A stretch of 64,000 nt of DNA from an uncultured Gemmatimonadales bacterium (GCA_963793305.1 CAWBZV010000002.1:384001-448000), one strand, 5' to 3'; positions 30,194-41,000 are shown, counted from the stretch's first letter. Program-made: numbers and translations. The notes: generated by a model not told the origin, from the sequence alone.

Positions 30194-30928
30194 TCAATGT
30201 CCGTGGAGGACGGTCACGCCTCTTTGCTCAAGAGTTTTGACCCAACCGGGCATGTGGCCGATTTTATTCCATTGCACATTGAGCCGCTGCAGGTTCGGGA
30301 GCTCGGCGAGCAGTGCCGGCAGGGTCACGAAGCGGTTTGCCCTCAGATCGAGATGCCGCAATTGGTGAAGCGCCCCAAGCGTCGCCGGTAGGTCTGTGAG
30401 CGCGTTTCCTCGGAGAAGCAAGTCACGCAGCCCGGTCATCCGGCTCACTGCTTCCGGCAGAGCCGAGAAGCGATTGCCGCCGATGTTCAGGTATTTGAGC
30501 CGCTGCAACTCGGCGAGGGATGCCGGGACCTCCGAGAGCTGATTGTGCTGCAAATAGAGATAGTCGGTGAGGCCAGCGAGACGCCCGATTGCATTGGGGA
30601 CCGTCCCGAGCGCATTGTGCCCCAGATCGAGCATCCGGAGCTTGCCGAGCCGACTGACCCCCGAGGACAGGCGGGACAGATGGTTGTCAGACAGATTGAG
30701 GCTCTCGAGCTGGACCAGCTCCCAGATCGATTCCGGAACCGTTTCCAACTCGTTAAGCCCAAAACTGAGGTGCCGAAGGCTGGTCAATTGCCCGATCCAC
30801 TCCGGCACCTGTACGATCCGATTCGCTCTCAGGGACAGCCGCTCCAACCGCGGGAGATCTCGGAGCGAGTCAGGGACCGTGGTGAGCTCCTGTCCCTCGA
30901 GATCGACGTTTGTCGCGAATTCATTCAT
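30194..30928 (-). CDS. Leucine-rich repeat protein
   Basis: ~9 23-aa repeats LxxLxxLxLxxNxLxxLP. Confidence 0.9.
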   Translation of the reverse strand: MNEFATNVDLEGQELTTVPDSLRDLPRLERLSLRANRIVQVPEWIGQLTSLRHLSFGLNELETVPESIWELVQLESLNLSDNHLSRLSSGVSRLGKLRMLDLGHNALGTVPNAIGRLAGLTDYLYLQHNQLSEVPASLAELQRLKYLNIGGNRFSALPEAVSRMTGLRDLLLRGNALTDLPATLGALHQLRHLDLRANRFVTLPALLAELPNLQRLNVQWNKIGHMPGWVKTLEQRGVTVLHGH

Positions 30929-30993
30929 TTTTGCGTTTGCATTTCAGAGTGCCATAATATGTGTTCCCTTGAAATTCCATTCGCGGAGGCATC

Positions 30994-31626
30994 ATGCAGA
31001 CCGACCGTCGCGAGTTTCTCGAACGGCTTACCGTGGGCGCCGCAGCGCTCGCGCTCCCATTCTCGTTTGGGGAGACCGTACACGGCCCTTGGAGTGAGGC
31101 GTGGCTCGACAAGATCACCGGGAAGCACAAACAGTTCTTCGACGCGGTAGAGCCGAACTCCGGATTCGCGCTCGTGTTCGCCTGGGGTTTCTTGAACTTG
31201 AACAAGGAAACCTACGGACTGACCGACAAGGACCTGACCGCCGTGGTCGGCCTTCGGCACTTCGCGATGCCGTTCGCGCTGTCGGACGCGATGTGGGCGA
31301 AATACAAGATCGGCGAATCCTTCAAGATCGATGACCCGGCGACGAAAGCACCGGCGGTGCGCAATCCGGTCCTGCACGCGGACGGCGTGCCGTTCCCCGG
31401 CGCCGAGCTGCCGACCCTCGTGAGCCGCGGCGTGATCTTCACGGCGTGCAACGTGGCGACGGCGAAGATCAGCGAGAAGCTCTCCGGCAATGCCGGCGTG
31501 ACGCCCGACGCGGCGTACAAGGAATGGGTCGCGGCGCTGCAACCCGGCGTCACGCTGGTGCCGATCGGCGTGCTCGCCGTCAATCGCGCGCAAGAGAAGG
31601 GCTGTACATACTGTTATGGTGGCTAA
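30994..31626 (+). CDS. Tat-exported DsrE-like protein
   Basis: DRREFL twin-arginine signal, GVIFTACN conserved Cys, VP.GV......QEKG; GGAGG RBS. Confidence 0.65.
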   Translation: MQTDRREFLERLTVGAAALALPFSFGETVHGPWSEAWLDKITGKHKQFFDAVEPNSGFALVFAWGFLNLNKETYGLTDKDLTAVVGLRHFAMPFALSDAMWAKYKIGESFKIDDPATKAPAVRNPVLHADGVPFPGAELPTLVSRGVIFTACNVATAKISEKLSGNAGVTPDAAYKEWVAALQPGVTLVPIGVLAVNRAQEKGCTYCYGG

Positions 31627-33204
31627 TTGACCGTCGCCGGTCTCTTTCTCGCGTTGGCGGTTGGTCTGTCTCTCGGTCTTCTCGGCGGCGGCGGCTCGGT
31701 CCTGACGGTTCCGATCTTCAAGTACGTGCTGGGGTTCGACGCGAAGCAAGCCATCGCGATGAGCCTCGTCGTCGTCGGCGCATTGAGTCTCATCGGCGCG
31801 GTCCGCCACTGGAGGGCGGGCCGCGTCGATGTGCGTGTCGCCGCGATTATGGGCGGGATTGCGATCCCGGCGTCCTACGCGGCCGCTCGCCTCGCCGCCT
31901 ACATCTCCGGCGCCCTCCAACTCTCGATGTTCGCGGTCGTCGTCTGCGTTGCCGCGATCTCGATGCTCCGCCCGCGAAACGATGATGATGAGACCGCGGC
32001 CCCGGCCCACATCGCCCGCCTGTTTCCGGCCGCGCTCGGGGTCGGCGCGCTCACTGGGCTGATCGGCGTCGGCGGCGGATTTTTGATCGTGCCAACACTC
32101 GTGCTCTTCGGTGGCGTGCCAATGAAAGTCGCGATCGGCACCTCATTGCTCGTCATTGCCGCGAACTGCGCCGCGGGATTCGCGGGATACGTCGGACAGC
32201 ACATCCCGATTGCGTGGATCCCCATCGCCGGGTTCACCGCGATAGCCGCGGTGGGCATCTTCGCCGGCGTCCATCTCTGCGCGTACGTGTCGCCCGCGCG
32301 ACTCCGGCGTGGGTTCGCGATCCTGCTCCTCGGTGTCGGCATTGCGGTGCTTGCCCAGGGTGGCCGAAAGCTTAAAGCCGCCGCCCCGGACTCGCGTCCG
32401 GCGGCCGCGGCCGACACGATCGACCCCAAGGCCATCCCGCTCGACTCGGCGATCCCACACGATTCGCTCGGCGCGTCGATCCGGCGCGGAATGGCGATCG
32501 TCGCGCACACGCCCGATAGCTTGCCGCACAACACGCCGACGACGTTGCGCTGCGTGAGCTGCCACCTCGATGGCGGTCGTCGCGCCGAAGTCGTCTCCAT
32601 GCTCGGTGCATACGCGCGGTATCCACGGTTCGTGGTCCGTGAGAATCGGCTGGCTACTATAGAAGACCGCGTGAATTTCTGTTTCACCCGGAGTCTCGCC
32701 GGCCGTCCTCTTCCCGCCGACAGTCGCGACATGCGCGACGTGGTCCGATACCTGGCCTACCTCTCGACCGGCGTCAAACACGGCGAGTGGGTCCGTGGTG
32801 AGGGCCTCCCATCGCCCCTCCCGAGTCTGGCCGGAGATACGGCGCGCGGCGCGCGCGTGTTCACGTCGACCTGTGCCCGATGTCACGGAGCAAACGGCGA
32901 AGGCACCGCAGTGATCCCGGCGCTCTGGGGCCCACGGTCATTCGACATCGGCGCCTCGATGGCTCGCCTGACGGTCGCGGCGACATTTATTCGGCGCGCG
33001 ATGCCCTACGACCAACCAGGGACGCTGACCGACCAGGACGCCTACGATGTCGCGGCGTTCGTGCTCCGCCACCCGCGCCCCGACTATATCGGCAAAGCAA
33101 ACGACTGGCCGAAGGGCGACGCGCCGGCCGATGTGCCTTACGTCACAAAGAGCCACACCCCGAGCTTGCCAACACCTCCTTTACTGCCGCACATTGGCGA
33201 GTAG
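31627..33204 (+). CDS. TauE/SafE (TSUP) transporter fused to TsdA-like diheme cytochrome c
   Basis: GLLGGGGS, GVGGGFLIVP, AIGTSL; then CVSCH, EDRVNFCFTRS, CARCH, GASM, AMP in one frame. Confidence 0.85.
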   Translation: MTVAGLFLALAVGLSLGLLGGGGSVLTVPIFKYVLGFDAKQAIAMSLVVVGALSLIGAVRHWRAGRVDVRVAAIMGGIAIPASYAAARLAAYISGALQLSMFAVVVCVAAISMLRPRNDDDETAAPAHIARLFPAALGVGALTGLIGVGGGFLIVPTLVLFGGVPMKVAIGTSLLVIAANCAAGFAGYVGQHIPIAWIPIAGFTAIAAVGIFAGVHLCAYVSPARLRRGFAILLLGVGIAVLAQGGRKLKAAAPDSRPAAAADTIDPKAIPLDSAIPHDSLGASIRRGMAIVAHTPDSLPHNTPTTLRCVSCHLDGGRRAEVVSMLGAYARYPRFVVRENRLATIEDRVNFCFTRSLAGRPLPADSRDMRDVVRYLAYLSTGVKHGEWVRGEGLPSPLPSLAGDTARGARVFTSTCARCHGANGEGTAVIPALWGPRSFDIGASMARLTVAATFIRRAMPYDQPGTLTDQDAYDVAAFVLRHPRPDYIGKANDWPKGDAPADVPYVTKSHTPSLPTPPLLPHIGE

Positions 33205-33229
33205 CACGGCTCTTGCCCTAAGGGGGGAT

Positions 33230-33469
33230 ATGAGACTATCAACCGTGGGAATCGCGCTTTCGATGATAGTTGGCGTGGCGGCGTGTGCGGGCGGTGGGGT
33301 TCGCTATTACGACGCGGACCATTGGGACTACCACCGTTGGAACGATACCGAGATCACGTTCTACGGCCAGTGGGAGACCGAGGGCCACCGGCCACACGTC
33401 GAATACGCAAGGCGTTCGGCTGACGAGCAGAGAGAGTACTGGAACTGGCGCCACAACCACGACCATTAG
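33230..33469 (+). CDS. Small lipoprotein
   Basis: Lipobox VAAC; W/H/Y-rich (DYHRWN, YWNWRHNH); purine-rich RBS. Confidence 0.7.
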   Translation: MRLSTVGIALSMIVGVAACAGGGVRYYDADHWDYHRWNDTEITFYGQWETEGHRPHVEYARRSADEQREYWNWRHNHDH

Positions 33470-35148
33470 GTCTCGAAGTACACCCGTTCCATGTGGCGCG
33501 CGAAGCCCGGTGTATCGCACACCGGGCTTCGTCCCAGTCGTGGGCGCATAGTCGCCCGTAGCTCGGCGAGCATCGCTGGCCGTTGGCTCAATTCGATAGC
33601 ATAGGCGACGTAGTCGTCCACGTCGCGGCGCACGAGCTCACCGAGTCCGCCAGCTCTCAAGATCGAGGCGCTGGTCCGGCCGACCCACCGATCGCCCCAG
33701 AACGTCACGACCGGCACGCCCTGCCAGATCGCCTCGGTCGTCGTCGTCCCGCCATTGTACGGGAATGTGTCGAGCGCGATGTCGATCTCGTCGTACGTCT
33801 TCAAGAAGTCATAATGGTCCGATGGCCCATATAACTGCACGCGCCCTTCGGGGAACATGTCCCCCACGAACCGTCGCTCGTCCTCCCCGGCGAACGCGGT
33901 CGCCTTGAGAATCAGCGTACTCTCCGGTACCTCCGCGAGGATTCTCCGCCAAGTCGCAATGACCTCGGGCGTGACCTTGTAGAGCGGCGCGAGGCACCCG
34001 AACGTGATCGGGCCTTTGGGCCGCCTGGCGACATCGGGTACGGGGTATCCCACCTCAAACGTGAGATAGCTGCCAGGGGAGGGGATGCGCACGATGCGCT
34101 CTCTATAGAAGCGCTCTTCCTCTGTCGGTACGACTTCGATATCTCCGATGAGGCAATCGTACGCGGCCATGCCAGTCGTGGCGAACATATTGAACCACCC
34201 AATGAGCACCGGTGCCGGTTTCATCGCCGGCAAGGGCAGTCGTCGCATCGCGCTATAGCCATTGAGATCCACCAGGACATCGATGCCGGCTTTCTCGATC
34301 ACATCCGCGGCGGCGTCATTCGATCTGGCGCTGATGTCGTAATACGTATCGCTGGGATGTTGCCGGTACCCGTGCTGAACCGCCGACTCCGGTGCATCGG
34401 AGAAGATGTGCACGTCGATCCGGGTGCGATCGTGCTGATTGATGAGGCCCCAGACCGGCTTCATCCAATTGTGTCGATGAAAAAATGATGACAAGTACCC
34501 CACGCGGAGCTTGGGGCGCCGAGTCCGAACGACAGACCGAGGCGAGGGGAGATCGCGATCGGCGAAGTTGGTCCGAGCGTCGAGGATGGCGTGATTGTCG
34601 CTCGTCGGACTCCCGGGAATGACGACCGCGACCATCGACCGCGGCAACTCGGGATGTTGCCCTTCCGCCGCGCTCCGAAACAATGCGAGCGCCTCATCCA
34701 CCTGCCCGAGATTGAACAACATGTGGGCCAGATTGTGCTGGGCCTCATGCCACGCGGGGGCGAGCGCCAACACACGCCGAAAGCATTCGATGGCTGCCAC
34801 GAATCGCTGCCGCGCGCGCTCGGCGCATCCCGCCGTGTACCAGATGCCGGCGTTCGAGGGATCGATGGCCAGCGCGGCACGATAGGGAACCAGGGCTTCC
34901 TCGAACCGCCCGAGCTCCTGCAGCGCATTGCCGAGGTTCGAATACCCGTCGACGAACTCGGGTTGGATCTCGAGGGCCCGTCGGTAGGCGGTTATGGCTT
35001 CTTCGAGCCGCCCTTCCTGGTGCGCGATGACACCGAGCATGTACCGCGCGTTCTCGTACTCGGGATGAGACGGCGCCACGCGCCGATAACACTCAGCGGC
35101 TTCGGTGAGCCGCCCCTCGCGGTGGTGCGCCATGCCCTGTTGCAGCAT
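33466..35148 (-). CDS. TPR-containing GT41 (OGT/SPINDLY-like) glycosyltransferase
   Basis: ~5 TPRs, LRVGY, IDVLVDLNG, DIALDTFPYNGGTTTTEAIWQGVPVVT. Confidence 0.88.
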   Translation of the reverse strand: MLQQGMAHHREGRLTEAAECYRRVAPSHPEYENARYMLGVIAHQEGRLEEAITAYRRALEIQPEFVDGYSNLGNALQELGRFEEALVPYRAALAIDPSNAGIWYTAGCAERARQRFVAAIECFRRVLALAPAWHEAQHNLAHMLFNLGQVDEALALFRSAAEGQHPELPRSMVAVVIPGSPTSDNHAILDARTNFADRDLPSPRSVVRTRRPKLRVGYLSSFFHRHNWMKPVWGLINQHDRTRIDVHIFSDAPESAVQHGYRQHPSDTYYDISARSNDAAADVIEKAGIDVLVDLNGYSAMRRLPLPAMKPAPVLIGWFNMFATTGMAAYDCLIGDIEVVPTEEERFYRERIVRIPSPGSYLTFEVGYPVPDVARRPKGPITFGCLAPLYKVTPEVIATWRRILAEVPESTLILKATAFAGEDERRFVGDMFPEGRVQLYGPSDHYDFLKTYDEIDIALDTFPYNGGTTTTEAIWQGVPVVTFWGDRWVGRTSASILRAGGLGELVRRDVDDYVAYAIELSQRPAMLAELRATMRPRLGRSPVCDTPGFARHMERVYFET

Positions 35149-36823
35149 AGCGAAAACTAGCAGGAGTTGATTGCGTCAGGTCGAACAACATGAGCGTCGT
35201 CGGCCCGACCGCCAGCAGCGCCGCATCCCCAGGAATGGGAAGGAGCTGGAGAGGTGTCTCGGGCGTATTGACAATCTCCAGCGGTGTCATCGTCGGCGTC
35301 GCGTCGCCGGACATCGCGAACCGGAAGTAGAATCCCGGCGTGGTCTGCGGGCAGGCGACCCCGCCGCACAGCGCGGGAACCACGACATAGAAATCATTGC
35401 CACTCGGCGAGACCGCGGCGCCATTGGTCACGCCGAGGACCAATGGCGCGTCGGGGATCTCTGCCCAGCCAAGCGAGGCGAGGCCGCCATTCAGGAGCTC
35501 GATCCCGATGTTGAGCCGCGCGCCGGTCTGGCTCGCCGCGATCTGTCCCGGGAATTGCTCCCCGCACGTCTCGATGTAGAACATGAACGTCTTGTTCGTG
35601 GCATTGTATTCGGCCAACCCACAGCCGCCGACATTGCGCATGACCACGATCGATCCATCGCCACTCCGCACGGGCACGCTGCCGTCGGCGCTCGAGTCAT
35701 AGAGCTGGGCGATGCCGGTCGGAAGATCGTAGTCGCCGACGCCACCTCCATGCGAAGCAAGCTCCAGCAGGACTCTCCCGTCCATGGCGACCCGCGGGTA
35801 CACGATGGTGTATGGGGCAAGGTTCGCCAGATGCACCGTGCTGGTCGCATGAGCAGCGCTTGTCAGATCGATGATGGCGAGATCATCAGTGCCCGCGATC
35901 GCCACGACCAGACTGTCGCCGCTCGGCACGAGGTCGAGCCCGGCCGCCTGGCCTGGAAGCGGAATGGGTGTCGCGTAGACCATGCCAGCGAGCGACAGCA
36001 CGACAACACCAGCTTGTCCTTGCTCGACCAAATAGACGATATCGCGCTTCGCATCATAGACCATGTCCTGCACGCTGGACGCCAGCGCGACTGATCGCAC
36101 GGGCCGGTCGAGATACTCCGCAATGCCGCCGATGGTGTAGCTGGTATCGGTCAGTGTCCCATCCTGCGACCGCGCGAACACATCGAGCGCTCCCGGACTC
36201 GCCCCGCCGGGAACCGCGAGGGGGAACGTGGTCACAACCGAGGTGCCACTCACTGGCACGGAGTCGCGGAGATTGGCCGGCGGTCCCAGCGCCCATCCCA
36301 CCCACGCCACGCCCGCGTCGTCCTTCGCCGTCAGCACCAGTGTATCCACGGACCCGGCGATGAAGTCCAGCACACGATTGAACGGACTGGTCGTGAACAC
36401 CGCCGGCATGGCCGGCGATCGGACGACGATCGAGAGCGAGCGAGTAGGCGAATGTGGCGTGATGCGGATGTCCGCGCTCGTCGAATCCTGGCGCCTCGGC
36501 ATGAACACGGTGACCGTGAGCGTGCCCGCCGGCAAGTTCGCCGGCACGACGAACGTGCCGGTGAGTGGCTTTTGCGATGGGGGAACGGCGAGCGTATCCC
36601 ACACCGTCGGTTTCGCGTCGAATCCGATGTGGAGGTAGACGGGATCGCCAGGCGAGTCGACGAACGAGAACGTGATCGAGTATCCGACCGAGTCGCCGGA
36701 GGCGGCTTCTTGCTTGTCGAGCGTGAGGTCGAGCCCAGGGTCCCGTAACTGCGGGGATACCGGTCCGTGGCTACACGCGGCGACTAGCGAGGCCGTGGCG
36801 AGCATCGCCACGCGGTGAGGCAT
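35093..36823 (-). CDS. Putative lipoprotein with Ig-like and beta-propeller-like regions
   Basis: Lipobox VAAC; repeats such as GLDLVPSGDSLVV and AVSPSGNDFYV. Confidence 0.6.
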   Translation of the reverse strand: MPHRVAMLATASLVAACSHGPVSPQLRDPGLDLTLDKQEAASGDSVGYSITFSFVDSPGDPVYLHIGFDAKPTVWDTLAVPPSQKPLTGTFVVPANLPAGTLTVTVFMPRRQDSTSADIRITPHSPTRSLSIVVRSPAMPAVFTTSPFNRVLDFIAGSVDTLVLTAKDDAGVAWVGWALGPPANLRDSVPVSGTSVVTTFPLAVPGGASPGALDVFARSQDGTLTDTSYTIGGIAEYLDRPVRSVALASSVQDMVYDAKRDIVYLVEQGQAGVVVLSLAGMVYATPIPLPGQAAGLDLVPSGDSLVVAIAGTDDLAIIDLTSAAHATSTVHLANLAPYTIVYPRVAMDGRVLLELASHGGGVGDYDLPTGIAQLYDSSADGSVPVRSGDGSIVVMRNVGGCGLAEYNATNKTFMFYIETCGEQFPGQIAASQTGARLNIGIELLNGGLASLGWAEIPDAPLVLGVTNGAAVSPSGNDFYVVVPALCGGVACPQTTPGFYFRFAMSGDATPTMTPLEIVNTPETPLQLLPIPGDAALLAVGPTTLMLFDLTQSTPASFRYAATGHGAPPRGAAHRSR

Positions 36824-38024
36824 GCCGTTCCCCGACTGACGTGCGTTTCGATTGCTTGAGCAGGACTTGTGGCGCGGGAGCGAAATACGCGTACATTGGC
36901 AGTGTCGCCACGCCGAGCGCGGCCGAGTCGACGCCGGCAGTCGCCAGGAGGTGACGCGGAGCGGTCACCTTGCCGCCGATGCGACGGCTCGGCAACGCGC
37001 GCTCGACGCGTTCCATCAGACCCTTGAGCACCGCGTCGGTCAAGTGACCGCCGTAGAAGATCGCCTCGGGGTCGATCAAGTATTCGACGGACAGCACGAG
37101 ACCCGTCAGGTAATCGGCCGCGTCGTCCATCCATTTGACGAGTGTCGGATCGCCTGCCTCCAAAAGCCGATCGAGATCGGCGGGGCGCCGCACGGCTACG
37201 CCCGAATCGCGCATCATTCCGTACAGTCGCGGCAGATTAAAGTGCATACCGGTATGCATCGAATCCCCGGCCATCGACTCGGGAAAGTATCCAATCTCCC
37301 CGGCATTTCCCGTGAACCCTTCGTACGGCCGGCCGTTCATGACGAGCCCACCGCCTAGACCGGTGCCAAAGAAGAGATAGAAGAACGTGGTCAGCTGCTG
37401 CCCCGCTCCATACCAGTGCTCGCCGACCGCGGCCGCCGTCGCGTTGTTCTCCAAAAAGACAGGCAACCCGAGGCGCTCGCGAGCCCAACTGGCGAGGGGG
37501 ATGTTGTGCCATCCAGGGAATGCGGTCGGGTTGATGACGTATTCGTCGCCGTTGTCCCCATGGTGCATGGGTCCCGGAACGCCAATGCCGACGCCCCAAA
37601 TGGAGGCCGTCGACAACCGCTGTTTCTTGATGAGGGTCTCGACCATGTCGGCCATCAGGTCCAAGGCCCGCTCGGGGGTCGGGAGCTCCAATTCCACATG
37701 AGCTCGCTGTCTCACGTTGCCGGCGAGGTCGACGAGAACGCCTGTCAAATGGTCGCGGTTGAAGTCGAGCCCGACCGAGAAAGCGGCCTCTGGATTGATC
37801 GCCAACGAGGTCGACGGCGCCCCTCGTCCCTGCCTCCGCTGCTCGGCCTCCACGATGAGATCGAGCTCAAGTAACTCTTTGACCAGATTGGAGATAGTCT
37901 GTCCGGTCAGCGCCGTGTGCCGGGCGATGTCCGCCCGTGATATCGGCCCGAACTGCCGGATCACCTCGTGGACGATGCGCAGGTTGTACTGCTTCGTGTA
38001 CACCAGGTTTGTGCCGGTCAGCAT
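36771..38024 (-). CDS. ROK family transcriptional repressor
   Basis: HTH ISRADIA..T.LT, GVGIGVPGP, ENNATAAAVGE, GTGLGGG, GNAGEIG. Confidence 0.93.
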   Translation of the reverse strand: MLTGTNLVYTKQYNLRIVHEVIRQFGPISRADIARHTALTGQTISNLVKELLELDLIVEAEQRRQGRGAPSTSLAINPEAAFSVGLDFNRDHLTGVLVDLAGNVRQRAHVELELPTPERALDLMADMVETLIKKQRLSTASIWGVGIGVPGPMHHGDNGDEYVINPTAFPGWHNIPLASWARERLGLPVFLENNATAAAVGEHWYGAGQQLTTFFYLFFGTGLGGGLVMNGRPYEGFTGNAGEIGYFPESMAGDSMHTGMHFNLPRLYGMMRDSGVAVRRPADLDRLLEAGDPTLVKWMDDAADYLTGLVLSVEYLIDPEAIFYGGHLTDAVLKGLMERVERALPSRRIGGKVTAPRHLLATAGVDSAALGVATLPMYAYFAPAPQVLLKQSKRTSVGERHASPRGDARHGLASRRV

Positions 38025-38046
38025 GGCGGGAAAATGGCTCGGGCGG

Positions 38047-38089
38047 ATTATAAAATCAACTTGACGAAAAAAATATCAACTAATAGACT
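38047..38089. promoter_or_regulatory. Overlapping divergent promoters and candidate ROK operator
   Basis: + strand TTGACG(38061)-17 nt-TAGACT(38084); - strand TATAAT at 38052-38047; ATCAACT repeated at a 20-bp interval in an AT-rich island. Confidence 0.65.
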
Positions 38090-38098
38090 AGTCCCGCG

Positions 38099-41000
38099 AT
38101 GCGAACCTGGATGCGCCACGTTGCGCTCCTCCTGATACTCGTTCCGGCTGCCGCTTTCTCAGGACAGCCGGCCCCCCACGATTTTGTTCGCGTCCGCGAT
38201 GGCCAGTTCTTCATCGGCCACACGCCGTATCACTTCCTCGGCGTCAATCTCTGGTTCGGGATGAACCTCGGCGCCGCCGACCGGCCGCGTCTCCTGCGCG
38301 AGCTCGATCGCCTGCAGCAGCTCGGCGTCACCAACATTCGCCTGATGGCGTCGAGCGAAGGCCCGGAGACCGAACCGTTCCGGATCGTTCCCGCCGTTCA
38401 AGACGCGCCAGGTCAGTTCAACGAGACGCTGTTGCAGGGTCTCGATGTCATGCTGGCCGAGATGGCGAAGCGCAACATGCGCGGCGTCTTGGTACTGAAC
38501 AATTTCTTCCAGTGGTCGGGCGGGATGGCCCAGTATGTGAATTGGGCGACCGGTGATCCGATCCCGTATCCCGAGCAGAACGGCCATACCTGGGATGAGT
38601 TCCAAAATTACTCGGCCCGATTCTACGCCACCGAAAAGGCCGAAGCGCAGTTCGAACGCTATGTCGCCACACTGATCGCCCGCCGAAATACCATCACGGG
38701 CGTCGCCTATCGCGACGACCCGACGATCATGGCGTGGCAGCTCTCGAATGAGCCGCGCGGCTTTGCCTACAGCGAGGCCTACGTCAGTTGGGTCAATCGC
38801 ATCGGCGCCTTCGTCCGAAATCGAGCGCCCAATCAACTGATCTCGCTCGGTGGTGAAGGGAAGCTCGATCGCCACACTCCAGGGACCGGCACGCAGTTCG
38901 AACGCGTGAGCCGGTCCCCTTTTCTTGATTACCTCACGATCCATCTGTGGATCGAGAACTGGGGTTGGTACGACCCGTCACAGCCCGACGCGACGTGGGA
39001 TCTGGCACTCGGTCGCTCGATGAGCTATCTCGCGGATCACCTGGCGATCGCCCAGGCACTCGGGAAACCACTGGTTCTCGAAGAATTCGGCGTCTCGCGC
39101 GACGGCCGCCAATACGATCCCGCGGCGCCGGTCACGCACCGTGATGCGTTCATGAGAACCGTGCTCGAGGCGCTCTACTATCTCGCCTCGGAGCCGACCG
39201 TGGTCGCCGGTGGCAACGTCTGGTCGTGGTCGGGCGAGGCCCGGCCGGTCTCTCCGGGGGGCCTCTGGCACCGTGGTGATCCGTTCACCGGCGATCCGCC
39301 GCACGAGCGGCAAGGCTGGTACTCCATCTACGCCACCGACACGAGCACCACCTCGATCATCCGGACCTACGCGCAGCGCATGGATGGGATCGCGAGGCTC
39401 CAGCTCTCTCGATTGATGACCGATGGGATGGTCATGCAGCGCGACGCCCGCGTGCCCGTGTGGGGTCGGGCGATGCCCGGCGACAATGTCGTCGTCACGT
39501 TCGACGGCCATTCGTACGCTGGTCGCGCTACCCCCTCTGGCGAGTGGCGCATTGAACTGCCGCCGATGACGGCGGGCGGCCCACACGAGATGACCGTGGC
39601 CGATGGCGCCGACCACATCACGATCCACGACATTCTGGTGGGCAATGTCTGGGTGTGCTCCGGCCAGTCGAACATGGAGTGGTCCGTGGTCGATGCCATC
39701 CATGGGGCCAGTGAAGTCGCCGCCGCTAACGACCCGGAGATTCGCCATTTCAAGGTCCCGAAGTCGTGGGCCGCGCATCCGGATTCGGACGTAGACGGTG
39801 GCCCGTGGGAGCGCGCGGACCCTGAGCACGTGGGCCACTTCACGGCCGTCGGCTACTTCTTCGCGCGTGCACTGCGCAAAACCGTCCATGTGCCGATCGG
39901 CTTGCTCAACACCTCGTGGGGCGGCAGTCGCATCGAACCGTGGATGAGCGCCGCGGCCTTGCACCTCAATGCCGCCGGGATCGCCGAGGTGCTGCGGCAG
40001 GATAGCCTGCACCAGACGCAGCTCCTGGACAGCCTCCGCGCTCACGTTGGCGATTTGCCGAGCTCCAATGTCGGCCTCGTCGACGGCAAAGCGGTGTGGG
40101 CCGATCCGGCGCTCAATGACTCCCGCTGGGCGATGATCGATGTGCCGAAGCTCTGGCCGCAAGCGGGATACGACGGGTTCGACGGTGTCGCGTGGTATCG
40201 GACGGCGTTTTCGCTTACCGCCGACGAGGTCGCGAGCGGGGTTCGCCTGTCACTCGGCGCGATCGACAACTCGGACATCACGTGGGTCAACGGGACCGAA
40301 GTCGGGCGCAAGGAGAACGCGTGGAATCTCCCTCGCGGCTACACCGTCCCGCCGGCGGCACTGCACGCCGGCCGCAACGTGCTCACGATCCGTGTGCAGA
40401 ACTACAGCGGTGGCGGCGGAATATACGGGGACCCGTCGCAGTTGTTCGTTGACGTCGCGGGGGCGCACCGGCCCCTCGCGGGTTCGTGGCGTTTCAAGGT
40501 CGGCCAGTACATCGCGCGCGATGATACGCACAAGAACCAGGTGCCGACCCTGCTCTACAACAAGATGGTGTATCCGATCCTGCCGTTCCCGATCAAGGGC
40601 GTCCTCTGGTATCAAGGCGAAGCGAACGCGAATACCCCGAGTGACGCGCGGGCCTATCGCGCCTCGTTCGCCGACATGATCACGAGCTGGCGCCAGGAGT
40701 GGCATCAGCCGTCGTTCCCGTTCTTGTGGGTCCAGCTCGCGAATTTCATGGCGGCCGACTCTGCGCCATCGCCGGGCAACTGGGCGTTGCTCCGCGAGTC
40801 CCAGCATGCGGCGCTCTCGCTCCCGAACACCGGCGAAGCCGTGATCATCGACCTCGGCGACGCCAATGACATTCATCCGAGAGACAAGCAGGATGTCGGC
40901 GCGCGGCTGGCGCTGGCCGCGCGGCACGTGGCGTATGGGGAGAACGGCATCGTGTACTCCGGCCCGACGTTGCGCCGCTCACACCTGCAACACGGCCGGA

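Noticed and set aside
31600..31626. C-terminal GG of the DsrE-like protein as a ubiquitin-like thiocarboxylate site
   Set aside because: No beta-grasp features, predicted periplasmic, and no E1-like enzyme nearby
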